A stretch of DNA of 64,000 bases from Antedon mediterranea (taxonomy: Eukaryota; Animalia; Echinodermata): assembly GCF_964355755.1 (NCBI RefSeq), contig NC_092671.1, positions 24,440,070 through 24,504,069 on the forward strand, in the 5' to 3' direction. Each line of letters starts with the position of its first letter. Within the stretch, counting starts at the first letter, position 1. Shown here one piece after another: positions 36,785 through 64,000 of this stretch. The position numbers were made by a program, and so were the translations under genes. The notes beneath the pieces were generated by a model. It worked only from the letters and a program-made list of their open reading frames with translations, was not told the origin of the DNA and made no database searches.

Positions 36785-38382
36785 TTAAAATAGTGTATAA
36801 GGTAGAAACAAATATCGCCATGGAAAAAAAAACTATCTTACTATGATTGTCCCCTATTCAGGGGACACTTTATATATTTTAACACTACGGTCAACCCTCA
36901 GAGGACACCCTGTTATGGGGAGGGGGTAATGTTTGAATGTGCCAAGTGGTTGATTCAACCCTTACTATTAAAGGGGACAATTTTTTCCACACAAATACAA
37001 AAAGGACCAAATTATAAAAAATTATTCATTTATATCGTTATAAATGCAAAAATGGATATCATAATAATTATATTTTCTTTGTCGTGCTAAAGTTTTAATT
37101 CATATTCTTGGGTCCATATTAATTAGTGTTCATTCAGGGGACACCCCTATTTTGGTGACAATTTGTTGGGCCTCGAAGATATTCCCTTAAATCTTCTGTA
37201 GGCCTAGAGAGCACCCAGTAGGCTAATGTTATGCCATGTAAAGAAATGTTTTGAAGAAGTGTTTTAAAAATGTGATAATTTCTTGTTATGTCTGTGCTGT
37301 GTTTTTTTTTTATTATATGGAGAGAAAAAATAAAAATAAACAAAAATACACTGCTACGTCTGGAGAACGACATAATTTCTTTTAAATAAACATTCGGTTT
37401 CTAAAAATATTTTTTCATGCTGAAAAAGACACCATAAATCATTGACCGAGGTTAATATGGGATGTGTGTTAAGTGTGTAAACATCACTTAACATCACTGA
37501 TTGATATTTGATTGTTAGAAACCGGAGTAGTAACAAACAAGTTAAGTATATGTAAATTGATAATTCCTCCTACCATCAAAGATGGACATGTTATTGCTAG
37601 GCTATGAATGAATCATTTATTTTGCAAAAATACAGAATTCACTGATTTATAGGCCTAATCATGATATAACGCATTGTTCTTCAATGTTGTTCAGACAATC
37701 TCTGATTAGATGTTTGTAATTCACCACACATCCAGTCAATACTTGCAGGTTTAACGGCACTTCTATCCTTCAGTTCCAATCTGTAATTTGAGAATGTTAG
37801 CTATAGTCTTCCATGAATTCTGTTGAAACAAAGCAAGATAATTATCGTCATAGAATATGACGTAATTAGTTGAACAGTGACTTTTGAAGCTTTGTGGTAA
37901 TAAGTTCTCCCCGGATATTAAAAAGAAAAGTGTAATCGGAAGGACAGAAGCTATTGAAGAACCAACTAAATTCAGAATCACGTATATTTGTTATTGTTAG
38001 ACATTAGGCCCAAATCCTTTTATTTGTTATTGATTGAGCATTTGCTATTGTTGAGGATGTTTATCATGACAATATGACGACATTTAGGTAAAAAAAAATA
38101 CATAATAATAATAATAATATTATTATTAATAAAAATAATAATAATGACGATGATGATGATGATGATGATAATAGTAATATTTTTACGTTGACCAAAATTC
38201 GTTTATATATTGTGTTGTAATAATAAATTTCCGATTATATTGATGGAAGGGGAAGTGAGAAAGAGGAGCTGGGTGCATCCTGATAACGATATTCATTGGG
38301 GTAATACGACATGGATATATAAATATTTTAATGATGAAAAAGTTCACAAGCTTCTAATATGAACATGTTCATGAGTATGGTA

Positions 38383-39120
38383 ATGATGGAGGATCATGGT
38401 CCATGATGCAAGGTTGATGATGATAGAGGATCATGGTCCACCATGCAAGGTAGATGATGATGGTGATAGAGGACCATGGTCCATCATGCAAGGTAGATGA
38501 TGATGATAGTGGATCAGGTTCCATCATGCGAGGTTGTTGTTGTTGATGATGATGATGGAGGATCATGATCCATCATGCAAGGTAGATGATGATGGTGATA
38601 GAGGATCATGGTCCATCATGCAAGGTAGATGATGATGATAGTGGATCAGGTTAAATCATGCGAGGTTGTTGTTGATGATGATGATGATAGAGGATCATGG
38701 TCCATCATGCAAGGTAGATGATGATGATGATGATGGAGGATCATGGTTCATCATGCAAGGTAGATGACGATGGTGATAGAGGATCATGGTCCATCATGCA
38801 AGGTAGATGATGATGATAGTGGATCAGGTTCCCTCATGCAAGGTTGTTGTTGTTGATGATGATGATGATAGAGGATCATGGTCCATCATGCAAGGTAGAT
38901 GATGATGATGGAGGATCATGATCCATCATGCAAGGTAGTTGATGATGATGATGGAGCATGCAAGGTAGATGATGAAGATGGAGGATCATGATCTATCATT
39001 CAAGGTAGATGATGATGAAGGATTATTATCAATCATGCAAGGTTGATGATGATGATAGAGGATCATGGTCCATCGTGCAAGGTTGATGATGATGATGGAG
39101 GATCATGGTCCATCATGCAT
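38383..39120. repeat. Minisatellite, ~40-50-bp unit ggatcatggtccatcatgcaagg+(gat)n, about 17 units
   Basis: Direct inspection; variable (GAT)n/(GTT)n spacer between conserved cores. Confidence 0.92.
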
Positions 39121-40759
39121 GGTACAGTAGGCCTACTTCGAACAACGAATAATGAGTTTAAGTGATAATGTTTGTTTATGATTGTAACGATTTTAGTTAT
39201 GTTCATATTGTGGATGATCCAACATTTTAATGAAGATGATTAAAAAAAATTAAAGAAAACTCAATTAGAATAATTATGAACAAAAAACAAGGTCATTGGG
39301 AAACTGACAGGAAAATGTAAGTAATAAAATATATTTAACATGCACCGACTTACAATGATTTTAGAATCTTGTAATGACTTTTAGAAAGCACTGGAAGGCA
39401 ATTTTTTCTTGTATCAACACGTCTTTTTTGTTGTTACTAGTTTATTTTCCATTTGTGTTCGATTTATGTTTTAGTTGTTTTGAGTATTGCTTTAAACGAT
39501 TGCCTTTATGTAAAATCAATGTTTATTGTCACGAAATATGAATAAAATGGAACTGTTTAATAAATTGATGACAACGAAGCGGACGATTAATTTTATCGAC
39601 AAAGACTATCCGTGTTGATTCAAAGGCCAAAACATAATCTGGCATGGTTTAATTGTTTACAATTACAACTAATTAAGTTATGAATAACTTAATATTTATA
39701 TATTGTAGTAATATTGTCTCCTATTATTAAACACCAAAAGCTTTAGTTAAGAGAGATCGTTCTCCCAGGACGAACCAAACATGGGAATCATAGGCAAGTT
39801 AGTACCAGGGAACACCTGCTTCGTTTATAAACATTACAATTTGATATAATTTCATCTTTTCCAATATATTCGGAAAACTTATATAGTCATTTACCACCAG
39901 AAAGTTGAAAACAAGAAGAAATCTACATAAATATTATACACTTATACTGTACAGTTAAATCAAATAGTAATGTATTGCTAATAAAGTTTCGTTTTATCAT
40001 CTTAACGTTCCTTCAAGTTTAAGTAGGCCTACCACAAATGGTGCTGTAAAACAAGACGTTTGACTTTTTTTTATAATGTTTCAGAAGTTCACAACTATTA
40101 GGATTAGAATAGGATGTGTGTATTAATGAAACATACCTGTACCATTAAGCAATTGTCATATTTGATGTGGATATACTTATACTCTTTAGACAGCCATTTA
40201 GTTTCAAAAACAATAGCAATAAGATTAGTTTTAGTAATTTGTCATAATGATGAATATCATTAACTATTTAACAGTATTCTGCATCATCACCAAGACAAGT
40301 TTTTCAGAAACCTCTCAGCTTATAACTCAGCTATATTTGGCTAAATGTACATAAATAAACAATTTATAACAGAAACCATGACTTTAGTTTAAAATGGTCA
40401 CAAAATACCAACTTGGCAACATTCTACTATAAAAACCAGTCAGGTACAGTAGTTTAGGTAGTTGACATATTGAACATGAAAAAAGTGCAAAAATTTGTGG
40501 TACAACCAAAAATTAAACATGGGGAAAACTATATGGCAATCAATGTTATATGTACACACAATTAAGTAAAACGTTTTTTCACATATTTGTATTAAACTTA
40601 AAATATTAAACTAAAAAAAATGATATGGAAAAGATGAATTCCAAGCTATGATATTGTACAGTTAATTTTTTCTTTTGTAATCTATTTTAAGGCATAACAT
40701 TTATACATACAAAACAAACTACTTTCAATAATTTCTGATAAAACAGATAAACTATGTAA

Positions 40760-63401
<22,642 letters not shown>

Positions 63402-64000
63402 CTATAAAAAAAAAAAATTATTTTTCCCTAAATTCTGTTAGTCAGTTCTCTATTTATAGAAACATATACAGTCAGTATTATACTTTAGATTTTAAAACAC
63501 ATTTTTTATTCTAAATTAAAGTCTGTTTTCCTGTCGACATAACGCTACGCCAAGTTGCGCTGAATTTTCAAATTGGTAAAGTTAAAAATAAAATAATGAT
63601 AACAATGATCGAGCCGGACCGCTAATATTTACATCTTTTTACGCGATCATTAATGGTTTCTTGGTTCTTTCGAGCATTGCTGGGACACGCGGACGTGAAG
63701 CATTGCAAAACCAAGGTAGCCCACGCACAGCCGGGCCCGTGTGAAAATTGAAAAAGTTACAGGTTTTGATGCTGCAATCCAGCCTGGCGTGCTTTCGCTG
63801 ATATCTTAATCTAGGCTTACACTAAAGACAAACATTAAATTAAATTGTTTTAATATTATAATTTAGTTTAACTTACACTTGTTATTTGGAAATACAGGTA
63901 TCAGACCTTAAAAGTGTACAAACGATCGTAACGTTGAAGTTGAACTCGATTCAACTTCAACGATTGCAGATTATAACGATTGTTAACGTTGATTTTTACC

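Noticed and set aside
36845-37200. Repeated ggggacac motifs as a regulatory cluster
   Set aside because: Resemble decayed Tc1/mariner-type MITE subrepeats; boundaries could not be defined.
38369-38566. His/Gln-rich 65-aa ORF
   Set aside because: Translation of the (GAT)n minisatellite.
63932-63962. 13-bp stem hairpin resembling an intrinsic terminator
   Set aside because: Eukaryotic intron and no U-tract; more likely the centre of a MITE running off the window edge.

Overview
AT-rich metazoan genomic DNA, probably a marine invertebrate and possibly an echinoderm (inferred from the dilp7-type gene and the TE repertoire). (1) 1-17.6 kb is a transposon nest whose junctions can be resolved by target-site duplications (TSDs). 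A BEL/Pao integrase is split by a TGT...ACA element with inverted, LTR-like ends (TSD CCTC). That element is split by a ~3.4-kb foldback DNA transposon (flanking GGAACTCCC duplication), which is split by a full-length Tx1/L1-clade LINE (16-bp TSD). Separately, a CR1/L2 LINE is split by a truncated L1/Tx1 (11-bp TSD). (2) 22.6-27.9 kb (- strand) holds a three-coding-exon, 135-aa secreted insulin/relaxin-family precursor of the dilp7 type; the ORF track shows only its last exon. (3) 40.8-63.4 kb (- strand) holds the last 13 exons of ODAD2/ARMC4, all with GT-AG boundaries and consistent phases; the 5' end lies beyond the window. Introns and intergenic DNA carry Helitrons, Helentron-type HINEs, MITEs, minisatellites and palindromes. 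No CRISPR array or RNA gene was found.
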